From the NCBI GenBank assembly GCA_041946805.1, contig JBHGBC010000061.1:1-30212 (forward strand): DNA of 30,212 nt. The letters are read 5' to 3'. The stretch's first letter is position 1, and each line of letters begins with the position of its first letter. Both the position numbers and the translations under genes were made by a program. This document shows, piece after piece, positions 9,001 to 16,490 of this stretch. Under the pieces are notes generated by a model. It did not search any database. It was not told the DNA's origin and worked only from the letters and a program-made list of their open reading frames with translations. The DNA is from a bacterium (GTDB lineage: Bacteria > Hinthialibacterota > Hinthialibacteria > Hinthialibacterales > Hinthialibacteraceae).

Positions 9001-10889
9001 GCCGTTCCTATGGTGCTGTCGGCCCCGATATTCATGGTGATGTTTTCGAAACGGACTTTGATGTCGCCTTTCTTGGTCACCAGAATGCCGAGAATCTCGG
9101 GATCCACCTTCAGCCGGGTGGCCAGATCATCGGCCCGGACCTCTTTTTCGAAGGTCATGTCGGAGGGCAGATAGAGAATCAGGTTCTGGCCGGGAGTCAC
9201 CCGTCTATCAAAGAGGAAGGCTTGTTCCAAGCTGATTTCCTGGGCGGGATTCTTGACGAATTCGACCACGCGCAGGGTGCGGGTGACCAGTTCGATATCG
9301 CCGAGGACGCCGATGATGGTGGGCAGCTCCGCGCAATCAAAGGAGGTCCAGGCGATGCCCGAGGCGCCGCTGATGCGGGAGTGGCTCACTTCCCACTTGT
9401 AGGAATCATAATGATCCACGCTGAGGACAAAACCGTCGAGATTGATGGTTTCCGGCGCCGGGGGATGCCAGGGGACCATGATGCCGGGAATCACCGCCAC
9501 GCTGATGGCGCCGGTCTGGGGATTGGCCCGGTCGACAAACGCGGGGAAGCCGTCGCCCGATCCGATCCAGGAGGCAACGGTCTTCACCGCCTCGGCATCC
9601 ATGTTCACCTTGATGAAGCGGTAGCGGGACTGGGGCGCGGCGCGTTCGAAAGCCAGTTTCCCCTCCGCCAGCTTGAGGAAGGCCCCGGTCCCCACGACCA
9701 GTTCCAGGCCGTTCTTGGCATCGCCGTCTAATTCACCCACGGCGATGCTGATCGCGCCCGAGGGATTGACCACATCACGGAACGCGTTGAAGACACTGGT
9801 CCCCCGCGGGCGGCGGAAGCCGGTGATCACCCCGTTCTGCACGACGGGGGTGATGATCCCTACCAGGTTGAGCGGCGCCATGTCGCGTTCGTCGCCGAAG
9901 TTGCGCAGGTTCCCCTGGCTGGCCACGATGATTTCCTTCCAGCCGTCGCCGTTGAGGTCGCCGGCCGCGATCTCAATCCCGCCGTTGCCCCGGAATTTGG
10001 TGACAAAACCGGCGTACGTAAACCGGCTCTCGATCCCCCCCTTCCGGTTGATTTTCAGCACGTGAAAGATGGTCTGCGACTTGGGACCGTTCCCTTGGCC
10101 TACAACCAGCTCATCCCGGCCGTCGTTGTCCAGATCCCCCGCCGCCAAGGACAACGGGATTCGGTCTTCAAAATTCTCTCCTTGGACCACGAGATTGGGC
10201 GGCAATCCCACAAACTGGCCCACCACTTCCCACGCGTTGGGCGCGGGCTTGCCGGAGTAACGGTAGAGCCGGACGATCCCGTGTCCGCCCCGTCCCTGGG
10301 CCACCGCGAGCTGGGCTTGGCCGGAGCCGAGGAAATCACCCACCGCGGTGCGGACTTCCCCGCCGTTGTATTGCACGTCGGAATCACTTCCGGCGGGGAA
10401 GGCGACAAACGAATGACCGATCACCTCGCGGGTTTTCGAGTCGCGGACCACAATGACATTGGGAAAGACAGCCAAGCCGGTGACCGGTCCAAACGACAAG
10501 ACCACATCGGCAACCCCGTCCTGGTTGAGGTCGCCCGAGGAGAGGAAGGTGGAACGGCCCGCCCCCCCGCCGATTTTCTCCAAAAAACGGCCGCCCGCGC
10601 CGCTGAACGACTGCAGGATCGACGTGATGGCCCCTTGGTTGGGATCGAGGTTGCGGATGTTAACGATCGTGTCCCCGCCGAATCCCTGGGCCACGGCCAC
10701 TTGGTCATAATAGACATCGGCATTGGGATCTTGAGCGGCGGCGGGGGCGCTCGCGGGGGGAGACTCGTGGGGTTGCACCGCCTCCGAAATCCGGTAGGGC
10801 TTCCCGCCGGCCACCATCAAGGCGAGGACCGCGAACAAAACATACAGGCTGAGATTCTGAAAACGAGCCGTAGGGATTCGAACGCTCAT
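6060..10889 (-). CDS. Giant exported protein (1609 aa): N-terminal FG-GAP/VCBS repeat propeller plus about 1130-aa Gly/aromatic-rich all-beta region
   Basis: GGGGAG SD and hydrophobic N-terminus. Five repeats: GDLNQDGVADVV, GDFLGSGQAQLA, GDLDNDGRDELV, GDLNGDGWKEII, GELDGDAKNGLELV. Pro-rich linker (PWHPPAPE), then alternating beta-strand pattern to the C-terminus. Confidence 0.85.
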   Translation of the reverse strand: MSVRIPTARFQNLSLYVLFAVLALMVAGGKPYRISEAVQPHESPPASAPAAAQDPNADVYYDQVAVAQGFGGDTIVNIRNLDPNQGAITSILQSFSGAGGRFLEKIGGGAGRSTFLSSGDLNQDGVADVVLSFGPVTGLAVFPNVIVVRDSKTREVIGHSFVAFPAGSDSDVQYNGGEVRTAVGDFLGSGQAQLAVAQGRGGHGIVRLYRYSGKPAPNAWEVVGQFVGLPPNLVVQGENFEDRIPLSLAAGDLDNDGRDELVVGQGNGPKSQTIFHVLKINRKGGIESRFTYAGFVTKFRGNGGIEIAAGDLNGDGWKEIIVASQGNLRNFGDERDMAPLNLVGIITPVVQNGVITGFRRPRGTSVFNAFRDVVNPSGAISIAVGELDGDAKNGLELVVGTGAFLKLAEGKLAFERAAPQSRYRFIKVNMDAEAVKTVASWIGSGDGFPAFVDRANPQTGAISVAVIPGIMVPWHPPAPETINLDGFVLSVDHYDSYKWEVSHSRISGASGIAWTSFDCAELPTIIGVLGDIELVTRTLRVVEFVKNPAQEISLEQAFLFDRRVTPGQNLILYLPSDMTFEKEVRADDLATRLKVDPEILGILVTKKGDIKVRFENITMNIGADSTIGTAESGRAYYPSESPSPAVPATLETAGFTIFLNTLEITTTEAAADAELEFPSCLTSGVDCRPARVDLGTITITADCQFHGEYLDQPYGPWQVCDTGMLIQGTGFVADFSLSWTWPGWTGSPLAAFWRGVILPDGETIPDSGNVISNTGYLKAWYAYENALVSASGFSARFDLKEDYSFGALQPLGYSVEITEGGFNMTNCQITDGLFTNGVIMLPREAVMDPGKNQIRAAYTSLLVQSDMDLYSDSLVFTQDFVWGEFSRTSPEYMAYTAGPPGSAYFYLSSTIKPAYWPLNGGGDFSQPVFAPQNTKLEEQNIQGATIFQMGNLTAFTPDTPGRAPIQFTGYSNSWLNVVSHGVHGEFLYYRFRQDLKLGPTHEGYYMGKDYNGIKVPFQTSMDYTNDQTKEIFLIFQFVESAMLYNNLEGQVKLEGPAKVTIPFDGVQLTSTAHIPAAAIHLDNPVTLDYWGLELVQQPGASSAGVMSIKTGQIFLTAAGLYEKRHFARPFYLIWGEIQSSGQLGRLVFDYNSEGQKFDGFQYVMEAIGLSPWDPADDAAKTKAFLQTGGTVHFDFFGANYFNIKDYNYISKPDYPYNGRRIELASDTEFGTQPTDPNIARDWGDSFGAFDFDLAYDDNDQDGFTGTGSMALAPVDGSLAGTIVLSSTRICMSGFSESAEARNDFTLGPVAHFGTMAKAAACACVVNGQVERVHLNAELETAANVNIALRSATYVNLEWDLTPSISELRLNGDMYLSLLVGSDVEVSGSARFTVNRAEDFVEGELEGKFSSITLFSGLDVEGRLEWHLGAFSSVESYQSLQGRVAVEIVAPIGGMTEEGGFYLGINAPKSNAWVLQDAGSRYSLNMSPMPDRLTGFYGYCKSGASINLYIVSGGYEVYVGLGAFVDLGIAGNSSGIPGLPYVVGNLGIHIWGDILGGLVSAGAWGDLQMMFPAPFSFQGTVGLEACVLWVICGSVDVTVGLNSVDGFFIE

Positions 10890-11196
10890 TATGGTTTCTC
10901 CCCATGTTCGAATACATCGATATTCAGGGATGGATGGAATTCCTGTTCAACCAGGTCTGGCGCCCCCCCGCGCCGCGTGGAAAATCAGGCCGGCAACCGG
11001 ACGGGATGAATCAGAACACCCTCAACGAGGCTCTTGCCAATCTGGGAACAGGGAGGCGGGAATTAATTGGCGAGATGATCCTTCCCCAGCACACCATTCA
11101 TTCGTCCACATTAGCGAAGACATTCCTACATCCGGTAACGCTTCACTCAACGTGATGGACAACACCCTAACATCATCCAGAAACTTACCTTTCCTT

Positions 11197-11225
11197 ACCA
11201 TAAAATAGTTTTCCTGAAATTTCAA
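11197..11225 (-). promoter_or_regulatory. Sigma70-like promoter for the three-gene operon
   Basis: Minus strand TTGAAA-N17-TATGGT within an AT-rich patch. Confidence 0.6.
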
Positions 11226-11314
11226 GCTATTTTTTTCAGCGGGGCGCGTTACAAATTCTATTAAAATTTTAATGTTGCCGAACCGCTCTTCCTTCCTCCA
11301 TGCACCGCCGCTTC

Positions 11315-11343
11315 CTGATTTTCGTGTTACTTTCCTCTACAAT
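11315..11343 (+). promoter_or_regulatory. Possible sigma70-like promoter for the GH116-like gene
   Basis: CTGATT-N17-TACAAT, 41 nt before ATG 11385. The -35 element is weak. Confidence 0.35.
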
Positions 11344-11384
11344 ACGGAATCTTCTTATTATCTCCTGACCGATACGGATTCATC

Positions 11385-14300
11385 ATGAAACAGCCGTTCT
11401 TAATCACTTCGCTTTTGGGGATCATGTGGATCGGGGGAACCGCGCTTCCCGCGCCCGGCGGAGAAAAGCCCTTGTATACCGGACCCGTTTCCGGCTCGGT
11501 CCACGCCGTGCTCGGCGGCGTGGGAACCGGATGTTTCGAAGTGCTCGCGGACGGGCGCTTCGGCGGCATCACCTATCAGAACAATCCGGACCGGCCCCTG
11601 AACGATCCCGCCGGGTGTTTCGCGGCCCTCTGGGTTTCCGGTCCGGCGGGAACCCAAGCCCAGGGATTGTACCGGGATCCATCCGGCTCCCGCCCGGTGG
11701 AGACAGTCGAGATCGAGCCCAGTTTTCCGTTGGTTCAGGTAGCCTACAAGGACCCGGAATTGCCGGTGCAAGTCCGGATGGAGGCTCTGAGCCCGATCGT
11801 CCCCCTGCAGGAGAATGAATCCTGTCTACCCGCGGTGGTTCTCCGGTTTTGGGTGAAAAATCCCATGCCCCAACCGGCCGACGTGGCGGTGGCGGTTTCC
11901 TGGCGGAATTTGATCGGGCTGGGCGGCACGGCGGAGTTGATCTTCGCGCCTACCGGCGAATTGGTCCAGGAGGTCATCAAGCGGGGGCGCCTGTCCGGCA
12001 TTCGGTTCAGCGGGCAGCTCGCTTCTTCCCAGCCGTGGAACCAAAACGCCTTCGGAGACACCGTCCTCGTTTATCAATCCGGCAAGAATGAAACGGTATC
12101 CTGTCTGCCCGCCTGGACGCCGGAAGAATCGCCCGCCGCGTTCTGGGAGCCGTTCGGGAAAAACGGCGGATTCGCGAAAGCGCCCTCCCCGTCCAAGCAC
12201 GCGCTGAACGGGCCCCTCCGTCCCGCGGCGGCGGTGGCGGCCCGGCAAACCATCGGCGCGGGCCAGGAAGAGGCGTTCGTGTTCATCCTGGCCTGGCATA
12301 TGCCGCACCGGATCGGGGCCGGGAACGCCGATTTCGGAGTTTATTACGCCAACCGCTGGGATTCCGCCCTGTCCGCCGCGGAGGATACCGCCAATCAATG
12401 GCCGGAACGCCGGAAACGGATCGAGAGTTGGCGGAAGGGGTATCTCGATTCGTCCTTGCCCGAGTGGCTGGTCCACCGGATGTTCAACAGCATGGGCACG
12501 CTGGCCCGGGACGGGGTTTATCTGAAAGACGGCCGCTTCGCCTTTCTCACCCACGATCCGAATTTTCCCGGCAACCTGGGTTCGCCCGAGGAACGGCTCG
12601 TGGCGATGCCCTTTTTGCTGCAATACTATCCCCAGTTGCTGCGCTCCGAGTTGGACTTGTTCACATCGGTCCAGATGGCGAACGGCGAAGTGCCGTCGGC
12701 GGCGGGCAACCTGTATGGCGCGATCGGCAAGGGGGACATCCCCGGGGGATTCGCCGGGCGGGCGGATTCGACGGCGGCCTTTCTGCTGATGGCTTATGAG
12801 TACTGCCTGTGGACGGGAGACCAGGCGTATTTGGAGAAGATGTTCCCCCATCTGCGCTTCGCCACCCTTTGGCTGCTCAACCGGGACTCCAACGGCGACG
12901 GCCTTCCCGACGGCGCGTCCTTGTGGCCCTGGAGCCGGGAGGGCATGACGTCCCTCTTCCTGGCGGACCTGTACCTGGCCGCGCTGCGGGTGGGGGAAAA
13001 CCTGGGACAACTGTTCAAGGACTTCGAATTGCTCAACTGGTGCCAGCAACAACGGGAAGCGGCGGCCCTGGCCCTGAACAATCAGCTCTGGAACGGCAAT
13101 TATTACAATTTATACTACCTCCCCTCCGATCCCGTCTTTCCGGAAAGCGCACTCTCCGTCCCCGGCGCGCTGGGTGGAGAATGGTACGCCCTGTCGCAAG
13201 GGTGGAACCTGTTCCTGAAGCCGGAACGGGTCACCCGCGCGTTGCAAGATCTGAGCAACCGGGTGATGGATGATCCCGGTTATCTGGCCGGTCTCGCCCA
13301 AAATCCCGGCGCCTTGCCGTGTATCCGCTACGGCTATGGACCCTATTGGACGGCCGCGTCGCTGATCCGGGTGGGGAATCCGGAAGCCGGGCTGCGGATG
13401 ATCCGCCAACAGCCGGAAGAAACCACATTGCATGCCGAAACGGGCGCCTGGGCCGTGGCCGCCGCGCTTTCGGGCATCGGAGCCGACCGGCCACAGGGCT
13501 GCCTGATCGTGGGCCCCAGCCGGCCCGCCAACGCCTCCTCATTCACGGTTCCATTCCAGACGCCCCATTATTCGGGCGCGATTCATCATACGGTATCACC
13601 GTTAAGCTCCCAGCAGCAATGCGGCATCCGGTTCGAGCGCGTTCCGGGACGGAAAGAAAACGAACTACGCCAGATCGCCTATCAAATACCCATCCCGCTG
13701 GACGCCAACGCCATGATTCTCCGGGTGCTGCTCAACGGCGTGCCCCTGGCCGGGCAGGATTTTTCCCGCGAACATACCCGCGTTTTCGGCCTCCAGCCGG
13801 AGATCAAGCCCCGGGAAGGGGACACGCTGACCTTGATCCTCGCGCCCAAGGAAGGGCCCCGCTTGCGGGTGAATCTGGAAAAACAAGAAATCCATAACCT
13901 GGGGGGAAAATGCAACCTCCGCCAAATCCCCGGCAGCCCCACGGGGACCTCGTTTTACGCCACGAACCTGCTCAGCCAATGGCAGGTGGTGAATCTGGAT
14001 ATCACCCAATCAGGGAAGAAACCGTACAAAGTCTTTATTAATGGCGAGGAGCGCGCGCTCCCCATTCCCTCGCCCGAGCCGGTCCCGCTGCTGCTGCCCG
14101 CCAGCGAAATCCGGCGGGAGGAGTTTGAAGAACTGCAATGGTTCCAATGGGCCTGCCAGGAAACGGCGATTCATCTGGCCAAAAGCCCGGGCCACAACGA
14201 GGTGCTCAACCGCTTGTGGAAACTGCAAGATCAAGTCAACGCGGTTTCCGATCAGGACGCGCGGCAACGGGGCATCCGGGTGGATTTGGTTCCCGGGCCG

Positions 14301-15275
14301 GAAGCCGCGCAATTCAAGATCCCGGAAAGCCGCAAGACCGGGGATCCGCTGCCCGAAGCGTACAAAAAGATCAAAATCCAGATCGGCGAATTTTTGAATG
14401 AACTCCCCGCCCTCACTCGGGATCCGGTGCTGGCGTCGGAGATCACCGGCTTTTTCGTCCCGGTCGCCCTCCAGGTTTCGCATGGGGAGATCGTCAAAAA
14501 CAGCCCCACGTTCCCCGTGCGGGCGGAAGTGCGCAACACGCTGCTCACCCCCCTCAAGTTGCGCGTGAGCCTCGAGCCGCCGGCGGGGTGGGAATCGGTG
14601 ACCCGCGATCCGGCCGAATTCGACGACCGGGAAGAGCCGGCGCGCGAACATTCGATCACGTTTCAGGTGACCACGCCGGCCGACTTGTGGGCCGCGCGGC
14701 ACATCCTCCAGGTTTCCGTGTCCGGAACCTGGAAAGACCAACCGTTCCGCCGGATTCACGCTTTTTCCGTGGGTCATGATTTCATCAAGAAATGGCTGGT
14801 GGTGGGGCCGTTCCCCAATGAGCGGGGTGAAGGTTTCGACACCCTGTATCCGCCGGAGATCAATATCAAGCCCTCGGAGAAATACGAGAAATACGGCCGG
14901 CCGGCCGAGTGGCGGGTGAAGGAATTTCCCGAAGGCTATGTGGATTTCGGCGGCGCGATACCCGCCGGGGGGCCCGCCGTGGCGTACGCCTACACAGGTA
15001 TCTATTCCCCCCGTGAACAAGGCGTGCAGCTGCACCTCGGCTGTCAGGGTGACGTCAAACTCTTCTTGAATTACAAGGAGATTTACGCCCAACGCGGCCT
15101 GAACCAACCCGCTCCCGGCGGCGAACGGGCGCCGTTCCGGTTGTTCGAGGGCTGGAACCACCTGGTGGTGAAGGTCACCAAGGGGAGCGGCCCGTGGGGT
15201 TTCTACCTGGAGTTGACGGATTTGCAGGACTTGCCGCTGCCCGATCTGCAATTCGCGCTGGACAAGGCCGAGTGA
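11385..15275 (+). CDS. Secreted GH116 (GBA2-like) fold protein, apparently catalytically degenerate, with NEW3-like Ig domain and C-terminal PA14-like 'GPF' module
   Basis: GH116 N-terminal domain motifs LGGVGTG, FPLVQVAY, SPIVP..ESCLPA, FILAWHMP and YYANRW. (alpha/alpha)6 motifs YCLWTGD..L and DSNGDGLP, LWNGNYY. LEPPAGW Ig-like domain. C-terminal WLVVGPF...GWNHLVVKV. Confidence 0.78.
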   Translation: MKQPFLITSLLGIMWIGGTALPAPGGEKPLYTGPVSGSVHAVLGGVGTGCFEVLADGRFGGITYQNNPDRPLNDPAGCFAALWVSGPAGTQAQGLYRDPSGSRPVETVEIEPSFPLVQVAYKDPELPVQVRMEALSPIVPLQENESCLPAVVLRFWVKNPMPQPADVAVAVSWRNLIGLGGTAELIFAPTGELVQEVIKRGRLSGIRFSGQLASSQPWNQNAFGDTVLVYQSGKNETVSCLPAWTPEESPAAFWEPFGKNGGFAKAPSPSKHALNGPLRPAAAVAARQTIGAGQEEAFVFILAWHMPHRIGAGNADFGVYYANRWDSALSAAEDTANQWPERRKRIESWRKGYLDSSLPEWLVHRMFNSMGTLARDGVYLKDGRFAFLTHDPNFPGNLGSPEERLVAMPFLLQYYPQLLRSELDLFTSVQMANGEVPSAAGNLYGAIGKGDIPGGFAGRADSTAAFLLMAYEYCLWTGDQAYLEKMFPHLRFATLWLLNRDSNGDGLPDGASLWPWSREGMTSLFLADLYLAALRVGENLGQLFKDFELLNWCQQQREAAALALNNQLWNGNYYNLYYLPSDPVFPESALSVPGALGGEWYALSQGWNLFLKPERVTRALQDLSNRVMDDPGYLAGLAQNPGALPCIRYGYGPYWTAASLIRVGNPEAGLRMIRQQPEETTLHAETGAWAVAAALSGIGADRPQGCLIVGPSRPANASSFTVPFQTPHYSGAIHHTVSPLSSQQQCGIRFERVPGRKENELRQIAYQIPIPLDANAMILRVLLNGVPLAGQDFSREHTRVFGLQPEIKPREGDTLTLILAPKEGPRLRVNLEKQEIHNLGGKCNLRQIPGSPTGTSFYATNLLSQWQVVNLDITQSGKKPYKVFINGEERALPIPSPEPVPLLLPASEIRREEFEELQWFQWACQETAIHLAKSPGHNEVLNRLWKLQDQVNAVSDQDARQRGIRVDLVPGPEAAQFKIPESRKTGDPLPEAYKKIKIQIGEFLNELPALTRDPVLASEITGFFVPVALQVSHGEIVKNSPTFPVRAEVRNTLLTPLKLRVSLEPPAGWESVTRDPAEFDDREEPAREHSITFQVTTPADLWAARHILQVSVSGTWKDQPFRRIHAFSVGHDFIKKWLVVGPFPNERGEGFDTLYPPEINIKPSEKYEKYGRPAEWRVKEFPEGYVDFGGAIPAGGPAVAYAYTGIYSPREQGVQLHLGCQGDVKLFLNYKEIYAQRGLNQPAPGGERAPFRLFEGWNHLVVKVTKGSGPWGFYLELTDLQDLPLPDLQFALDKAE

Positions 15276-15278
15276 GGA

Positions 15279-16067
15279 TCAGGATCCGCGCACCGTTTTC
15301 AGTCCCAATGCGGGATCGTTGGTGATGAGGCCTTCCACCCCGGCCGCCGCCCAGGTTTTCATCGTTTCCGGATCATCCACGGTCCAGACCCAAACCTGGA
15401 AGCCGGCCGCGTGGGCCTTGGCGACATCGGCGGGATCGGCTTTGAGGTTCACCCCGATGATATCCGCCTTCAGGTCGCGGGCGCGCCCCAGGACGGGGGG
15501 ACTGAGCGATTCCACCAGGTACAGGGTGCGCAGGGAAGGTTCGAGCTGCTTGGCGCGGTAGATCGTGAGTTCATCGAAACTGGCGAGCACATGCTTGCCC
15601 AGTTCGTTCCGCTTTCGCAGGATGCCGATCACCTGCTCCTCCAGCAGCAGCTGCTTGCATTCGATCATGATCCCCACGGGGGTGTCCTTCACCGCGTCCA
15701 GGATTTCCTCGAAGCGCGGGATTTTCTCGCCCTTGAACGCCTCGCCGAACACCGGGGCGCAGCCCGCGTCGAGGGCGCGCAGCCACTCGAAGGTCTGTTC
15801 GCGGATCCGGCCTTCCACGCCGGTGGCGCGCAGGGTGTTGTCATCGTGGGAGACCACCAGCACGCCGTCGCGCGAGCGGTGCAGGTCGAGCTCGATATAT
15901 TCGGGCGGCGGATTCAAGGCGAGGGCGCGGCGCGCGGAGGCCAGCGTGTTTTCGGGCGCCACGCGGCTGTACCCGCGGTGGGCGATGATCCGGGGCTTGG
16001 TATCCGCGGCCTGCGCGGGAGTGGCGAGTATCATCAGAATTCCCATCCAAATTCCAACGTGTTTCAT
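15279..16067 (-). CDS. Glycerophosphodiester phosphodiesterase (GDPD, GlpQ/UgpQ family) with signal peptide
   Basis: Motifs IIAHRG, PENTL, IELDL..SRDG..VVSHD, IECK, WTVDD and GLITNDP. Signal peptide ends in AQA. Confidence 0.93.
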   Translation of the reverse strand: MKHVGIWMGILMILATPAQAADTKPRIIAHRGYSRVAPENTLASARRALALNPPPEYIELDLHRSRDGVLVVSHDDNTLRATGVEGRIREQTFEWLRALDAGCAPVFGEAFKGEKIPRFEEILDAVKDTPVGIMIECKQLLLEEQVIGILRKRNELGKHVLASFDELTIYRAKQLEPSLRTLYLVESLSPPVLGRARDLKADIIGVNLKADPADVAKAHAAGFQVWVWTVDDPETMKTWAAAGVEGLITNDPALGLKTVRGS

Positions 16068-16127
16068 TCCATCTCTCCGTTTTTTTGATCAACCCGTCCC
16101 TTGCCGGGAGGCGCCTGCAGCCAATGT

Positions 16128-16156
16128 ACGGTAGCAAACCCTTCTCTCAATACCAA
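16128..16156 (-). promoter_or_regulatory. Possible sigma70-like promoter for GDPD
   Basis: Minus strand TTGGTA-N17-TACCGT with TGn extension, plus an overlapping alternative TTGAGA-N16-TACATT. Confidence 0.35.
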
Positions 16157-16169
16157 GCCCTTTTTCCCA

Positions 16170-16198
16170 TTGATCTTTCAGCGGATTTTGGATATGGT
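16170..16198 (+). promoter_or_regulatory. Sigma70-like promoter upstream of phoH
   Basis: TTGATC-N17-TATGGT; same -10 hexamer as the promoter at 11197-11225. Confidence 0.55.
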
Positions 16199-16490
16199 GG
16201 AAACCGGATGGAGAGGAGGAAAGCCCGGCAGCCATATCCGTGACCGTTTCCGATTTCAACCCGGGTCCATTTCCCGGAAGGGAGGATATAGACCGATTTG
16301 AGGTTCCACCGCACCATCGTTCCGGTCCGCTGTCCCCGCCGTTTTCCGTTCTCGGAGATCCGCTTTCCGTTGTGTGTCCTTGCGCCGCCGGCCGCGGCGG
16401 CGGCCGTTTCCGGCCCTCCCGCCCAGCGCCATCCGAATAACCGGCGGCTGAAGCCATTCCTTCTGGCTTGTCATCGCTCCGGAGGCATCC

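Noticed and set aside
1909..9731. Very long plus-strand ORFs (690, 762 and 1226 aa) opposite the secreted operon
   Set aside because: They are antisense shadows. GC-rich codon usage on the real strand avoids TTA/CTA/TCA, so the mirror frame stays open. The translations have no motifs, SD or signal peptides.
11114..11130. GAAGACATTCCTACA as an RcsB/GacA-like box for the NarL regulator
   Set aside because: Only one good half-site and the spacing is off by one; not enough support.
10891..11225. Short ORFs (105, 83 and 67 aa) in the divergent intergenic region
   Set aside because: They overlap each other, lack SD sequences or coding-like composition, and span predicted promoter elements.
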